Positions 12,181 through 29,472 of a DNA stretch of 64,000 nt are shown in pieces (positions within the stretch are counted from its first letter, which is position 1; every line of letters begins with the position of its first letter). The translations under genes were made by a program, and so were the position numbers. The DNA lies in NCBI GenBank assembly GCA_000708835.1, contig DF236987.1, positions 124,001 to 188,000 of the forward strand. Direction: 5' to 3'. The stretch is from Klebsormidium nitens (lineage: Eukaryota > Plantae > Klebsormidiophyceae). The notes below the pieces were generated by a model. The model had not been told where the DNA came from. It did not search any database and saw only the letters and a program-made list of their open reading frames with translations.

Positions 12181-13812
12181 TCTTCCAGAGTCTGAAGATC
12201 AGCCCGCAATTGCTTGTGAGTGGTGATTAGGGCGTAACAACAGCTCAAATTGATGAACTCAGGAGTGCTATCTTCTGATGTGACTTACAGAGCTGACAAA
12301 AAGGTCCACTTCGGAGATGAGAAGGACCGAGCTGGAACGGCGAGCTGCAGCTGTCAGCTGCCAGCATGTCTAGCAAAGCTGGCACAGCATTGCAAGTTGC
12401 AATCAGCCGGGCGTGAGAATTTTGCAGCGCTGGGATGCCCTGACACACGGGAATCAACCGGAATGCAGTCTGGCCAGTCCAAGGACAGCCCTGAATGCAG
12501 CAGGCCGCCGCTGACAGTGAGAGAGGAGTTCACTCTTGAAAGAGTTGAGTTCAGTGTTCCAACTTCCGACGCGGCCGAAAGGAATCTCGGCCGGCGCTAC
12601 GTCACGAGTCGTCATAAAGAGGCAGATGGAATCATTGCATTGGTCATCGATGGCAGAATCTTCAGGGAATATCCCCTGGCAACACAAGGAACTGTGATGT
12701 CGCCATTAAACGACATAAACCGGGTGGAGTTCACCGCCCTCTCCTTCTACCAGCTGTGAACCTTGTAAAGAGCCCGGGGACGGCCGTTCTCCCGAGCCCC
12801 CTCCTTGTTGCCAGTTGGCCTTTGAACAACTTCAAGGCACGTGGCGCGCGTCCATCCTATGATTGGCCGCCTGAAGCCTGAATTCCCGGTAAGTTCCCTA
12901 GCACGACTCTGACTCTGAGTCTTGCTGGCCCGAGCGGGGCATCCGGGCAGTAGGTCCTATTGCAGTGAGGACTCGGGAGTGACATTTGAGGTCCCTGTGC
13001 AAGTGATGGCAACTCACACATACGGTTCTGAGTTGGCCCGGGCTTGGCCAACGACCGGAAGTGGCTACATTAGCATTCACTATACCTAAGGCTGCCAGTG
13101 GGCCGAACGGTCTCTGCCTATAACTACTCCACCTCCATTCACTGGGGCACAGTGATACAAAGATTGGCGCGCATACCTACCCACGAGTACGTAAGAGCGA
13201 TCATACCTACAGCTATGCATTGCATGCGGTTCATGGCATGACCGTCCCCTGGTGCAGCCTCCAACTAGAGTCTTTTGCTATTCAATCATTACCCCTGACA
13301 ATTGGGTGACGCCCCTGACAACTCAAGTCAACTTCCCCCCGACATCTCAACGTCAAGCCCCGGATGGCGGCAGGCTGAGGCGTCCGACTTATCATTCTCT
13401 AGCTTGCAGAACTTTGTTCGGCTATGAGGAACGAAATGCGCACACTGAAATTCACTCAAATATGGAACAACTGGAACCCATATTGTCAATCAAAAGTAAA
13501 GCGAGCCCTTCATCCTGCATGCGCTGTTGTATCGTCGATTTCGGGAATGGACTGATTTTGGGCAATCAAAGAAGTACTGCTGATGTAGGCTGATCGGCGC
13601 CTTCGAGCTACCCAAAACTTTCGAAGCGGTACTCATTGTTGGACAAATTGCGCTGCAAATTGCACTGATAACCAATCCGTGTTAATCGACTCAGCGGGTC
13701 CTGTTTATCCTGTGGACTTCCAACTTGACCGATCGACAAATCCGTGGATGCGATTCCCCGGGCTTCAAAACGCTTTCTAAACCAACTCTTACTTGTATTG
13801 CCAACTATAATT

Positions 13813-16800
13813 TTAACGGGGCGTAAACCGGGCTTTCAGCGGCGTGCGCAATGAGACTTGCAGGCCCCAGTTTCGCTCCTCCATGTCGATGTCTTTTCCG
13901 TCGATCAGCTCAAAGTCGAAGGCTGACAAGGACAAATGGACCCGTATTAGCAAAGAATTTCTGCGAGGCTGCCAATACCCTTCAGGAAACTTTGTCCTGG
14001 TTATCTTCAAGTTTTGCTGATTCAACGGAATAAATGTTTGAAGAGCGGCTGAGAGTGGTTGGGCGTTTCGCTTTGAATTTCCCTGAGAAAGGTGTTTGGG
14101 GAACGGTCAATCTTCGTTAGTCTACAAGCGCCACCTTCGAGGTGGGATGGCTTCGGGATATCTGCGGTTCTATTCAAACCAAAAATGCATTTGTTTGCAA
14201 CCGTCTGCATTGAATCTAAACGAAACAATTGTAACTGACGAGTCGCACCGTGAGCCCACACCTCGTGTCCGAAACCTGTCCAGGAAAACAACGAGCCCAA
14301 GATTCAAAAGCAGGCAGATCAGGAACATCGTCAAGTTCTGCTGTTCAAACCCTCCGACTCGTGCATGAAACATGATTTAAGATTTCGAAATCAACTTCGA
14401 AGAAAGCGAAAGCGGATGCCCGGTGGCTCACCTTGAACGATCCGGGCCACCGCCAGATGTACGACGGCTAGGCCTTGAACGATGCCAGGACACCCCCTCC
14501 GACCTGCGGATTGGGGTCTGATCAATCAGCGGGCCCGCGCATGATAAGGCTACGTTTTTTGCTATATCTGGTGAAAATCCTTGGAGCAGGGGCTGAGGGG
14601 TTCGGTTAGCCTGGAGGTTCACCCGGGGGCTTGGTTTCAAGTGCTTCTGTGCTGCCGCATTTCGGAAAGCCTCGGGTTCGACGGGAGAGCAGCGACCAGT
14701 GACGAGGTTGCGAGCGGGTGTGGTGCACAGACTTTCTATTACTTTGGGGTTTTGAAGCATCTGAGGCCGGATTGTCGTCAGTCGTCTAGCTCATAAATCA
14801 TTCAAAAATGCCAGGGCCCGCTTATGGAGCGACCTTCGAAGTCGCTAGGTGACGATGAGAGTGTTCACCGCAAATGCGCAGGCTAAATTGCACCCGGCAG
14901 CGACGCTCCTATGGGGAAGTTTGACAACGCTTCTCGTTTGGCATTTTTGCATGACAGTGAATTAGTATAAACAGGCCAGACGCCACATCGAGCAGCTAGG
15001 GTGACTGGAATAGACGGTGTGAACGCTCTCATCCGTGTCGGAACCACCACCAGAGATCGATCTTCAGGACCGTCGAACCTTTCCACGACCTTCAGAATCG
15101 ATATGCAGAACCTTATACCGCCAACTAACCGTGTGAATATGCTCACCGCGCCAAAGCACAGCACCCGAAGATTATTCCACTTTTCTTTCACAATCAACTC
15201 TAACCTAGATAAGAAATTGGATTAAACAAAGCGTGTGAATGCGCTCACCTGCGCCAAAAGGTAGCACCCGGAGGTCCTTTCCAGTGATGTCGACGTCCTC
15301 TGCGAGAAAGCGGTCGGGGAGAAACTCATCCGCCCGGGAGAAGACAGAGGGATCCCGCGACAAGCCCCGCGTGTGCACCATCACCTGCGGATATGAGGTT
15401 GGAGGGTTTAGGGAGGGTTTAGGGAGGGTTTTCCCTGACCAAAAGTAAATGAGGAGGGTTGCGCACATCAGCGAGAAGAGGGAGTGGCCTTGCCCCGCGT
15501 GTACACCACTGAGCACCTGCGTATTTGAGGTCGGTAGATTTTCAGGGTTTAAGGGCTTTGAGGAAGTGTGTTTTTGACAAAGTGAATGAGAGGGGCTGCG
15601 CCGAATCGCAAGAAGACGGAGTGGCCTCGCCCCGCGTGTACGCCAGCACCTGCAAGATTGAGGAGACAGAAGCGGTTTAAAAGTGCCATCTAGGGTCTAC
15701 CCTCGACCTTTTTGCCATGAATTGAAGGTTTGATATCATTTTGAGTGGCAGGGGGATGGTTTCGCGACCCCTGCTGGACAGCGGGAATGTGCAACCAATT
15801 GCCTGGTCCGACCAAAAAAAAAAAGCTTTCGAACATTGGGCGACGAAGTCAGCACCCCGCGTGCCATTGACATCACTGTTGAGGAAAGCACCTCCTAGAT
15901 GGAGATCCAAACATGCAAAACTATCAATATCACCTTGCTTTCAACATCTAAAAAGAGCGGCGAAACCAGACTAGCGGCGCAACGCATGCGGTCGGCTGTT
16001 CGACGGTGCAATTGCAAAGTAGGAGCGCTGCGGAATGCGAAGTGACATTGAGATTTAGAATCGAAGGCATGAGCTCCTTTTTGGAGCGCATCTTGACATC
16101 GACCTGACTTGAAAGAATAAGATCCTGTCAATACTGAACACTGAAGGAGTCCACGCATTGAAGACAGACCGCATAATAATGATTAGGTAACATCCGCATG
16201 GCAAGTCCTCGTAGCGGGAAAACTAACCAACACCGACGCTGTGCCTCACCTGCGTTTTGGCGGGAATCCGATACCCCTGGACCGTCGTCTCGACTTCATT
16301 CAGATGCGGTCCGGGGAAGGGACCGACGCCCCGGTATCGAAAATGCTCCTTGATGACTGCACGGAACAGAGGGATGACGTCAATCGGAGCCAGGGAGACC
16401 AAAGATGACGTCAGCGCGAGGTTGACAAGTTGAGAAGGGACACTGTGTCCAAAGTTGGGGAGTGTTGTCGACCGCCAGGGACGACGTGGCCCAAGCACAA
16501 GTATTTGCAACAACCGCCTTGGCACCGGCTTTCCAACACTCGATGCCTGGCTCCTCATTTCGAAATGTTTAGATCGTGCTGAGAGTGGCATTACAAATAT
16601 CGGACATGGACCTTCACGAAAGTTGTGCCCCAACTATGCAATAGCTTGAATCTTACGGGCCTTCCCCCTCCAACACCAGAATGTTATGTACCACTGTACC
16701 GTGTTAGTGAAGTCAACGTGTGGTGTCAAGTTCAAATGCTCGAAGAAAGAAGCGCGACATATGCGACTGACACCAGAACTTTTGCTCAGCCCCTGTCCGG

Positions 16801-19800
16801 TTGCACAATGAACCTGGTGTCAAACCTTCCTGGGGGACGGCCCCGCTTTCCACTTCTCCCTGCCGCAACATAGGACTCTGTTAACACCAAGCGATTCGGT
16901 GAAACTCCATCCAAGCTACGTCAAACAACCTGTGTCAAGCCCACCTGCTCGGAGATACGGCAGATCCTAAAAGTCCTCCTCTTGCATTGGCCTCTCCCAA
17001 TCAATGATCCACACCGCACAGTTCACCAAGGCCTAGATTAGGCTAGTTCCAAACACCTGGCGTCAAACTCACCTGCTCGGAGATATGGCAAATTCTCGAT
17101 GTCCCCTTCTTGCACCGGTCTCTCCCGACCAATTACACTGTCCAGCTCCGCTTGCAACCGTTTCCGGATTTCCGGCCGTCGGGTCAGCTCGGCTAGCGTC
17201 CACTCGATGGAGACGCCGCTCGTGTCCACCGCTGCAGATCGCGCCACGTGTCAGATGCTTGATTTACGGATGATGGTATTCGACTTCTTTCTTTGATTCG
17301 TTTGCAGTGCTGCAGTTTGCCGCCAAGTGTCAGATGCTTAATCTCAAGGATGACGTTCCCTGACTTTTCCTTTGATGCAGAAGTGCGTTTTGAGTTTTTC
17401 CCCAAACGCATCTGCGCTCATATCTACGGCGGCACACGAGAACAGCAAATCTATGCACTCAAATGGCGGGATTCAGCTCTCAGCTATTTCAAACTCAGAA
17501 AAAACTTATCCAACCTTGGCTGGCTTTGAGTTCAACTTATACCCGTTCAGTTTCACCAGTCCGAATTCCAGTCAACGACACTGGCAACAAGCATAAGAAG
17601 CATACGGGGGATGTTGTAAATTGCGATAGGTCAAGGCGCATATTGCACGATGTAGTGAAGCCCACGTCCGGATCCGACTTTGATTCAGTCCTTCGGCACC
17701 GCTGGATTCTCCAAGCGTCCAAAATCTTGGAGGAATCTGATCAAAGCTGCAGCAATTTCCAACCCGAAAATCACTATCTTCCCCGCATGACAGCCCCACA
17801 TTCCATTTTGGGCGTTCTTCACAAGTGCGCTTTCATGAATTGGGTCATGACGAGATAGCCCGGAACCCACCCGCGTTCAGCAGATCGAGAAGCATGTAGA
17901 TCAGGTTCTTGAGCGTCAGGTCCTCCGTTTCGGGTATCGTCAGCAGTACGTCAACCATATCCCGCGCCACGAAGCTGGCCCCCGCCTTCTCCTTGGCGGC
18001 GCGGTGCTCCTCAATCAGAAGCTCCAGCTCCCTGCCACGTGTCAAAATAAGACTGTTCGGAACAGGGTTTGTTACAAAAGCTCGCCAAAGATGCGTCGGT
18101 CGATATGTCACTTCGCGTTCATTCAATGGTAAATAAGAAGTGAAGCTTCAGTCGAAGTGGGCTGTGAAGACATCTCAACACGACGACACAAGCGTGGCGC
18201 TCTGAGCGCAAACCAGCGCGCTGTAGAATCTACCCAAGTTTTCGAAGAGAATTGCTTGGAAAAACACCTCGACGTCAGACTTGCATCGGAGCATGCAAAA
18301 TAGACGCCTTTCTTTTTGCACCGCGACTCCAGCTCCCTTCGACCTGGCCAGAACCATTCCGTTGGTTGACACACAGCGTTCCGCCGGTCTTGCAGCACTT
18401 CAAAGCGTGCAGATTCCGAACCATACCATCGCCTTGGTGGTTGAAAAGAAGAAGGCGAGAATACCGTGTGCAAGTTGATCGACATAGCCCGCTTCCGTTG
18501 CAGATTTCGAATTCAGCAGGTTTCAGTGAGTCAGGCCTTCTGCCTTGAAGAATTCAACTCTGTTGAATCCTGCATGTTGATCCAGGTGGATGGAAGAGCA
18601 GCCTGAGCCAGAACAAAGAACGCCAGTCGACAGATCCCTACCTATCTTCATTCGATATTTAAAATCTCCACGGGGACGGCATTCTTATGAGCCCAGCTCC
18701 GTTACGCCCTTGATTACGTTTTTAGAATTCCGGGGAAGATCCTTTTTAACGACCGTCCCAAGCTTGGCAAGCCCTCTTCTCACCTGTCCCTAAACGCTGT
18801 CGTCTTCCTGACGTCACGGTTCACGACCGGCGCAAGCGCGGGCAGCACGGTTCCCCAATCAAAGTCGCCCATCTGGCGGAAGCTCTCCTGAATGCTCGCG
18901 TAGAGCGCCTCGCGCCTCTCGTTAAAGCCCGGCTCCGTGGGGGCGGGAAAACGGATGCCGAACAGTGGGAGCATCATGGTGTTGAGATTGGTCCTGTAGG
19001 TGACGTCACAAGGTGATCTCAAGAGAATGACATGATCGAGTGCGGATTTGGTGACCAAACAAGGACTGTGGGAATAGATTGACGTCGGCTCGGTGGGGGC
19101 AGGGACAGCGAAACCCAAGCAACGAAGCAGCGTCGTATTGAGATTGGTCCTGCGCAAGATTGAGATTTCTTCAGCATAGATTCAAAAAGAGCCTTCTGCC
19201 CGTCTTTAAAACGCGGCTCGTTAGGGGGCAGGAAACCGGATGCCGAAAAAGTGGGAGCTTCCTGGAGTTCAGAGTGGGTCCTGCGCCCCAGACATCAAAA
19301 AGGCCACGAGAGTGGCGCTATGACGGTCAAAGCTGGGAAGCTTGAGAGCTGGAACAGAGGCCGCAATCAACGTGTTTCGCACAAACCGAAGCTGACAATT
19401 GTTAGCAATGATATTAGCAGGAGCCGCCCGCCTCTTTGTGAAGTCCGGCTCGTTGGGGGCGGAAATAAAGCTTCCCCAGAGTGGAGCATCATGATGTTTA
19501 CATTGATCCTGCGCAGTGAATTTCAAAAAAAGCCTGCCGCCGCATTAGAGAGTCCGTCTCGTTGGGGGCGGGAAAGCAGGTGCCGCACAGTGGCTGCATC
19601 ATTCATGTTCAGGCTTGAATGTGCAGAAGGAACGCTGGCGTCAGACGTGACGTTCGAGGCAGTTATTGCCGCGCTTTGCAGGCCACCTCGATAGGGCCTG
19701 GGAAGCGGATGCCAGATAGCGTACGTGCCAGGGTCTTTGAATATGTGTTGCGCAAAAAGGTGGGTGATGTCAGGAAGCAAACTCCTTGGGAAGTACCGGG

Positions 19801-22800
19801 CATACACGTCCATCTTCGTCCTTCATGAAGACTCATGCGGATACGCTGCAATTAACGGGACAGCCCAGCGGAACTTCCGCAACTTATCTACGCCACAGAA
19901 TTGCATCTGGGAAGGCACCAGCAGTCCTGAGCCGACCATCATATTGCAAGTCGCATTTTTTGAAGTCCAAACTTCGGTCCGCATGAGACATCTCAGAGCA
20001 TTTCAAGCAAGAGAATATTTGACAATGCTCTGCTTCGTGATTGTCGTTGGTAGCAGCCTTACCTGATGATGTGTTCGCGCGGCTCCACAATGCCCCCCTC
20101 CCGCTTGCACTCTTCCTTCAGATGGCCGATGAGGGTGTTAAGTTCTTCATCACGAACTGAGGCGTTGGTCTTGACAGCCTTGTTGGAGAGTAGATGGAGG
20201 ACCGACAGCTTACGAGCCCTGCATTCGGTTGGAAGAACACTTTCTCCCTCAATCGTTTGATGAACGTGCTCTGAGGGTGTTCGAAGATTTAGCAAACACT
20301 TGAAATAAAGTTATCTTTGAACCTCTTGCGACCAACTCAGTGCCGCTAACAAAATGGAACCAGGGCAGTTTCCAGAGTTCTCCCGCAAACTCTCGTTCTG
20401 TGACTCAAGCAGACTCGTTTTCCGTGTACCAATCTGGTGGCTGCTTCTCAAACGTGAAAATGTATTGGGCAAAAAGGCAAAATTGCTGCCAGTAGTTTGA
20501 CAGGTTGGACCTACGAGCAAACAAAACGCTGCTTGAAAATCGAAGTCGACTTCTAGAAGCTGATGTTCTGATTTCGTAGGTTCATTGGGAGCTTAAGCGG
20601 AGCACAAGCCATCAGAAGGGGTCTCGATATGAGAGGTGGGAGTTTTCTGAAGTTGGAAGCAGTGGAAGCACCAGCTCAGCCTTGAAAACGGACAATATGA
20701 TTTCAAAGTTCGGACGCAACTGTTTCCCATGCCCAAACGACGCCTCCATGCCGAACGTCCAGATTTTCTCTTCTTTAACTAGTCAAACACTGATGGTACC
20801 GACTTGAAACACAATCCTCGCATTTTAAGTTACAAACCCCCAACAACACATGACGAACGTGTAAAACTGTTGCGAGATAAGCTCAGTGGCAATTGGAAGA
20901 GCAAGCATCCACGCAGAAGATGGGGGGCACCGGGACAAGTGATGGAAGGAGTAGCTTTCAATGAAAGGGACGTGTGGGGATCACTCACTGGCGCCAGTAT
21001 TCCCCGTAGCTTGACATGAAGATGCTCTTCGGCCCCAAAGTGAGGGCGACACGCTCAGGCATCAGGGGCCTCGATGCAAACTCTTTATCCTAGGAAAGGG
21101 AAACAGCGGGAGGAGAAATGAGGACCTGAAAAGTTCAAAGTAGCTTGACGATCAAGGGGTCAAAGGCTTGGAAGGAGGTCGCAGTAATCAGGAGTAATTG
21201 GCCTTTTCCGTGTGACATGCATCGTTTGCTAGATTCCCATGGAGGACATTAAAGTGAACTCAAGTTATCCTCCGGACTTGGTTGAGTTTCAAACATGGGC
21301 ACTGCCAAATAAACTTTTCTTCCAAACGTATCAACCGCCTAGTTGTACCCATGGCACAGGGAGTGCAAAGCACCTAGCGCTGGCCCTACCAACCTTCGCG
21401 CGCAGGAATAGCATAAGAAAATAGCGCGTAACATTTCCTCTGGTGTCCCGGTTATGCATTGCGAATCAGGCCAGATCAATTTATCGTTTCCAACTTTAGA
21501 AACCCTTCTCTGCGTTGGCCAGTGCTTGACTCTGAAACTTGCTCATTCTAGAGAGGAGAATCTGAGGAGATGATATGCTTTGAATGACATACGCTGATGC
21601 TGAGGAAGTCTTGGACAACCCCCTCCTGTCCCTTAAAGAATGGGTTGCGAAGGTTTCAGGCTTCTTGTATGTGTTGAAAACCACCTTGAGAGAGAAAACT
21701 GTTGTGGTTCTGAGGCGTACCTTCGTAACCAGGACCTCCTTGACCGCTTCATACGAGCTGACGTACACAAACAGCTGATCTCCCATCCAGAAGCTGAACA
21801 TGCCGCCATATGCCTTGGCCTGTTTGCATGGAGAATTGCGCCAAGTCAGGTAGGAACATAAGGGTGCCGTCACCAGCTCAGAGGGGAAAATGCATGACCT
21901 TAGGACACAGTTCCTTTGAAAAGGAGGGCGACCGTTTGTGGAATACTTTCGGGTTTTAAATCCAGCTTCACGAGTCCTTCAACCACGGGCATTGAGATTC
22001 CTTCAACAAACTTTTCTGATCCAACATTGGCACTCCATCACGGAGGGTGGAACTTTCTTTAGTCATCGCTACAATTGTCTTTGTGCTCTAATGAAAGAGA
22101 CGCTACCCACCCTTTTACGTCATTGCGCATACCGGTTGTTTTTGAGAGTGCCTAAATAGCTCCAACTGAATCCTATATCCATGGTTTGCAGGAGGGCCAG
22201 TGCCTCTATTCAAATTGCGCGCAAAGTATAGTCTGCATCCGTGGGGGAAGATAAATCCAGAGAGAGCCTCAGAGCATTAATCTTTACATTGGTGAGGATA
22301 AGCTCAGACCATATGTGGAAAGCCTGCCGGGGACAGCTTGGGTAGTAAGGGGGTTTGTGGTGAGCACGGGTGCAGAGCAGAGTGCAATGTTGAGTTTCAA
22401 ACTCTTTTAAGTTTGCTTCATTCTAATTACAACATGTGCCTGTTGTATCGGTTCTAGAGAGTATATCCCAGTCTGCGAATCTCTGTTAGAAGGCCCCACC
22501 ACTCCTGCCATAACGGGCGGGGCTGGGGCCAAGGAACTGGGGGGAAGTGAGAATGAAAAAAAAGAAGGAGCTTAGCGCTGTTTGATACTTTCCCCAACAA
22601 GGGACTGTTGTGAAAAGGTGGATGGCAAAAGGTGGATAGAAAGGAGCCAAGGCTAAGGTGACGGGGGCTGTATCACAGACAAAGAGCAGTTGGATGCCAC
22701 AGGTGGCAGAGGAGGAAAGAGACACGCCAACATCTCTAGCTCACCTTTTGAAGGCACCACTCATCAAAGCGCTTGGGGCTCGAAAGAATTTCCCCCAGGT

Positions 22801-22969
22801 TGCCCAAGACTGGCAGTGGAGCAGGGCCGGGGGGAATGCCCCGGGCTCTCAGCACCTTAACATATTGGTGCACGATAGTCCACAAGATTGGGGTCAGAAA
22901 GACAACCACCAAGGAGATCAGAAATGCATTGACTGGATTGGTTTTCAAGCCCTCAGTAAAAGTGTCCAT
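13813..22969 (-). CDS. Cytochrome P450, CYP71-clan/A-type-like, 11 exons, 511 aa
   Basis: Exons: 22745-22969, 21721-21819, 20989-21089, 20063-20218, 18784-18993, 17871-18031, 17073-17231, 16250-16356, 15249-15384, 14432-14503, 13813-13922. Phase-consistent, 1536 nt. Motifs: N-terminal membrane anchor, PPGPAPLPVLGNL hinge, FASRP, GEYWRQARKL, I-helix DLLNAAVDTS, ExxR (KEHFR), PDRF, haem motif PFGAGRRGCPG. Confidence 0.92.
19030..19620 (-). repeat. Degenerate tandem copies of P450 exon 5 acceptor plus exon 5' end
   Basis: About 4-5 copies resembling CAG|GACCAATCTCAAC...CCCGCCCCCACGGAGCCG upstream of the live exon 18784-18993. Confidence 0.8.
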
Positions 22970-23764
22970 GCTGACTTTCGCCACTCCCAGCTTGATCAGG
23001 ATTCTGAGAGCGTAGGCTGGTGTATCTCCTGAAGCTTCCTCAGCTAGCTTCTTACAGAAGTCACTGGCTTCAAGCACGAACGGAGGGGCAACCACCTAAA
23101 AAGATCATGCAATGCCGCCACATTGAGCATAGCTGGTCGGCCCAACACAAGCAGGCCCGTTGGTTGCTCAGAAGCTTGGACCGATAGGAGGGAATGTCTT
23201 ATTACAGATGCACATGCCACAGAAGCACCTGAGGCAACAATTTAGGTGCTGCTTTTCAGAAGAAACAGCTTTCCAAAGTTGCACACCAGAAGCACCAGTG
23301 TTCCGTATCATGCAGATTGCAAAGCACCAGCTTGAGCAGGTGTCCAGATTTTATCCCCCTACTGGCATGTGCCAATGCCAACGCCATGCGGCGGCGGCCA
23401 GCAATGCTGGACCGCCAAGTTCATGCATGGCCTCAGCAGAATGAAACGCAACGTTACGCAAGGTCTCAAGCCTTGGCTGGTCGCCGCATCCAGACTGCGA
23501 AGTATTCACATTAAGGACCGATCCCTATACCTTACAACATTTAAAATAATAGTTTGCGGAAGTGTGAACTGGTTCGTGTGGCCCGTGGAAGCCGCGCCAC
23601 AGCCGGCGCGGCTCCAGCTCAACAGGGTTTGCAGGGCTTTACAAGGTACTTTCGAGCAACCGTTTCCGGTCACAGCCCTTCCTTCCGTCATTATCTTCCA
23701 ACGGAATACCCGAGCGCCGGAGCACTTGACGGCCCGCTATGAGTCACGTTGCAAGGTACGCTTA

Positions 23765-23772
23765 TAGGGTTT
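23765..23772 (-). promoter_or_regulatory. Telo-box (AAACCCTA) upstream of RPS9
   Basis: TAGGGTTT at 23765-23772, about 175 nt upstream of the RPS9 ATG. Telo-boxes are established elements of plant ribosomal-protein promoters. Confidence 0.45.
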
Positions 23773-23945
23773 CCCGCCAAGGAACAATGCCAGGAATTGA
23801 ATGCAAAACGTTTAGATGTTCCTTGTCTGTTTCCTGGGGTCATCACTACGTTGACAGGCATTCTCGTCCTCTTTCCAGGCTGACGTTGGCGGGCAGCCAC
23901 AGCCGCAGGGGCGCATAGGCCAGGAGGTTCAAGGGGGCCGCAAAG

Positions 23946-27582
<3,637 letters not shown>

Positions 27583-29472
27583 ACACAGCGATGCCCCACT
27601 TCTTGGATTGTTCTCGGTCCGGAATTGCAAAAGACGGCGGTGCACTCGTTTGTCTCGATTGAATTTGTGCCGTTTGCCTCAAGAGTAGCTGTGTTCGCTC
27701 ATATATTCCAACCACTGCGTGGACGTCATGCATTCGACTTATGTCTACTTGGTGAAGCGGACATTGTTTGATCCTTGATACTTGCGATATCACCATCCAA
27801 CTCGATCCAAGGGCATGCGCCAGAGTGAACAATTGAAGCTGGAGGCAGCTCCAGACCGCGTGCTTTCCGTGCGTTATGAAGATTCAGTCATGCAGGCGCC
27901 GCTCTCAAACACATCGAGTAATGCATCACATGCAGATTGGGACTCAGAGAATCAGAGTGCTCGCGAGTCATTGAAAAGGTCCCAGTTTCATCGATCGATG
28001 ATGAGATGGTTTTTACAATGTTTGAAACGCAGTCCCATATATATCCGTGTGCATGATTTGCTAAGAATTGCAGTGTGTTAGTGTGCTGCTTGTGTTCAAT
28101 TCCGTAGTAATAAACATCGGACATGACTTGCAGCCGTAGCAAGCTGCAGAGTCGATTCATTGTACCCCGGTCTCACCAGAGCATTGCCCGATGGCTCAGC
28201 GTGGCCCAGGGTTTATAAGAACATGTGACCATATGTACCATAGCATGAGTCACTGGCCTACGGACGCAGCCGCCCTGGCATGGCGTTGTAATTCATGCCT
28301 GGCATTATATAAGTTTCACGCAAGCAAGCTATATGGCTTGCATGGCCATATAGCTAGGTTTCCATGTCTGGCCGCGCATCAGTGTCCGACGGACGCGAGC
28401 CATGCATCATGCTTAACCAACTTCCATTCTATATCCCTATCTATGTTATAAAAAGGTTTATAACATGCCATCTGCAATTTTAACTCCAATGATCCTCGTT
28501 GGGCACAAATGTATAGCCGCCCATAAAAAACTTCATGCGCGCGTTCAATCCTCCTACAGGCGCGGCCGCTGGGCTTGACTATTATAGTATTAGCTAGGCC
28601 GGCGCGACATGCATGACATATGTCCATGATTTATGCATAGCTTAAGTTCCGAACATGGGCGCGGCCGCGCCTATACTTTAATACAGTGATCGACGGGACT
28701 GTGGTTGAATCATGTTCACTGTCACATGATCCTGGCCGCCCGCCTGATCGGTCTGCGCAGTCGCGATTGCTGCATGCCCGGCCCATTGGACGGTTCAATT
28801 GATACTGTAGCATATGCGCCGGCGGGCTGCCGGCCCGTATAGCTAAAGCTAGTTCTTATATCATGTTCAATGATCAGGAAGTAAAAATCCATCATGGGAA
28901 GTCAGGCCCTCATATAACAATACATCCAAGGCCATCATGCAATGATGATCATTTCAAGCACCGCCTAGCTCTATACATAGTCACTGGCATTTGTTCCCGT
29001 ACTGATTGCTTGATATTAATAAGCAGTCATGCAGCTAGTGCTTTGGCAAAGCTCATGCCCGCTTGGTGACTCGGATTCGGGAATGGACCGCTGTAAGCTG
29101 CACCATTAGACTCCACACGCACCAATCATATAAAAGCTGTCTATAGGTCAATCATCAATATTGGACCTCTTTTTTAAGATACACCGTCCTACGCCTGGCC
29201 TCGCCAGGACCTATATCCTACATGTACGCCATAAATCAGTTTTGGCAATTTCAATGTCTAGTCTACGCATTAGCAGTCCGTCCTAGCTTAGACAAATGGG
29301 CGCGCTAAGAATATACTTACTTGACAGGCGTCGACTCTCTCGGAGGCTAGCTAATCCACAGGAACCAGAACGGTTGACGACATTAGGGGTTCACTCGGTT
29401 CGTAGAGAGGCAACTCCTCCTATTTCCGAGCAAACACCATGGTATTACTTGAGCAGAATTTTTTTGCAGCAC

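Noticed and set aside
14880-14912. CGTCGCTGCCGGGTGC on the minus strand, resembling the P450 RRxCPG exon
   Set aside because: Wrong frame, reaching TAG. The true haem exon is 14432-14503 (GRRGCPG).
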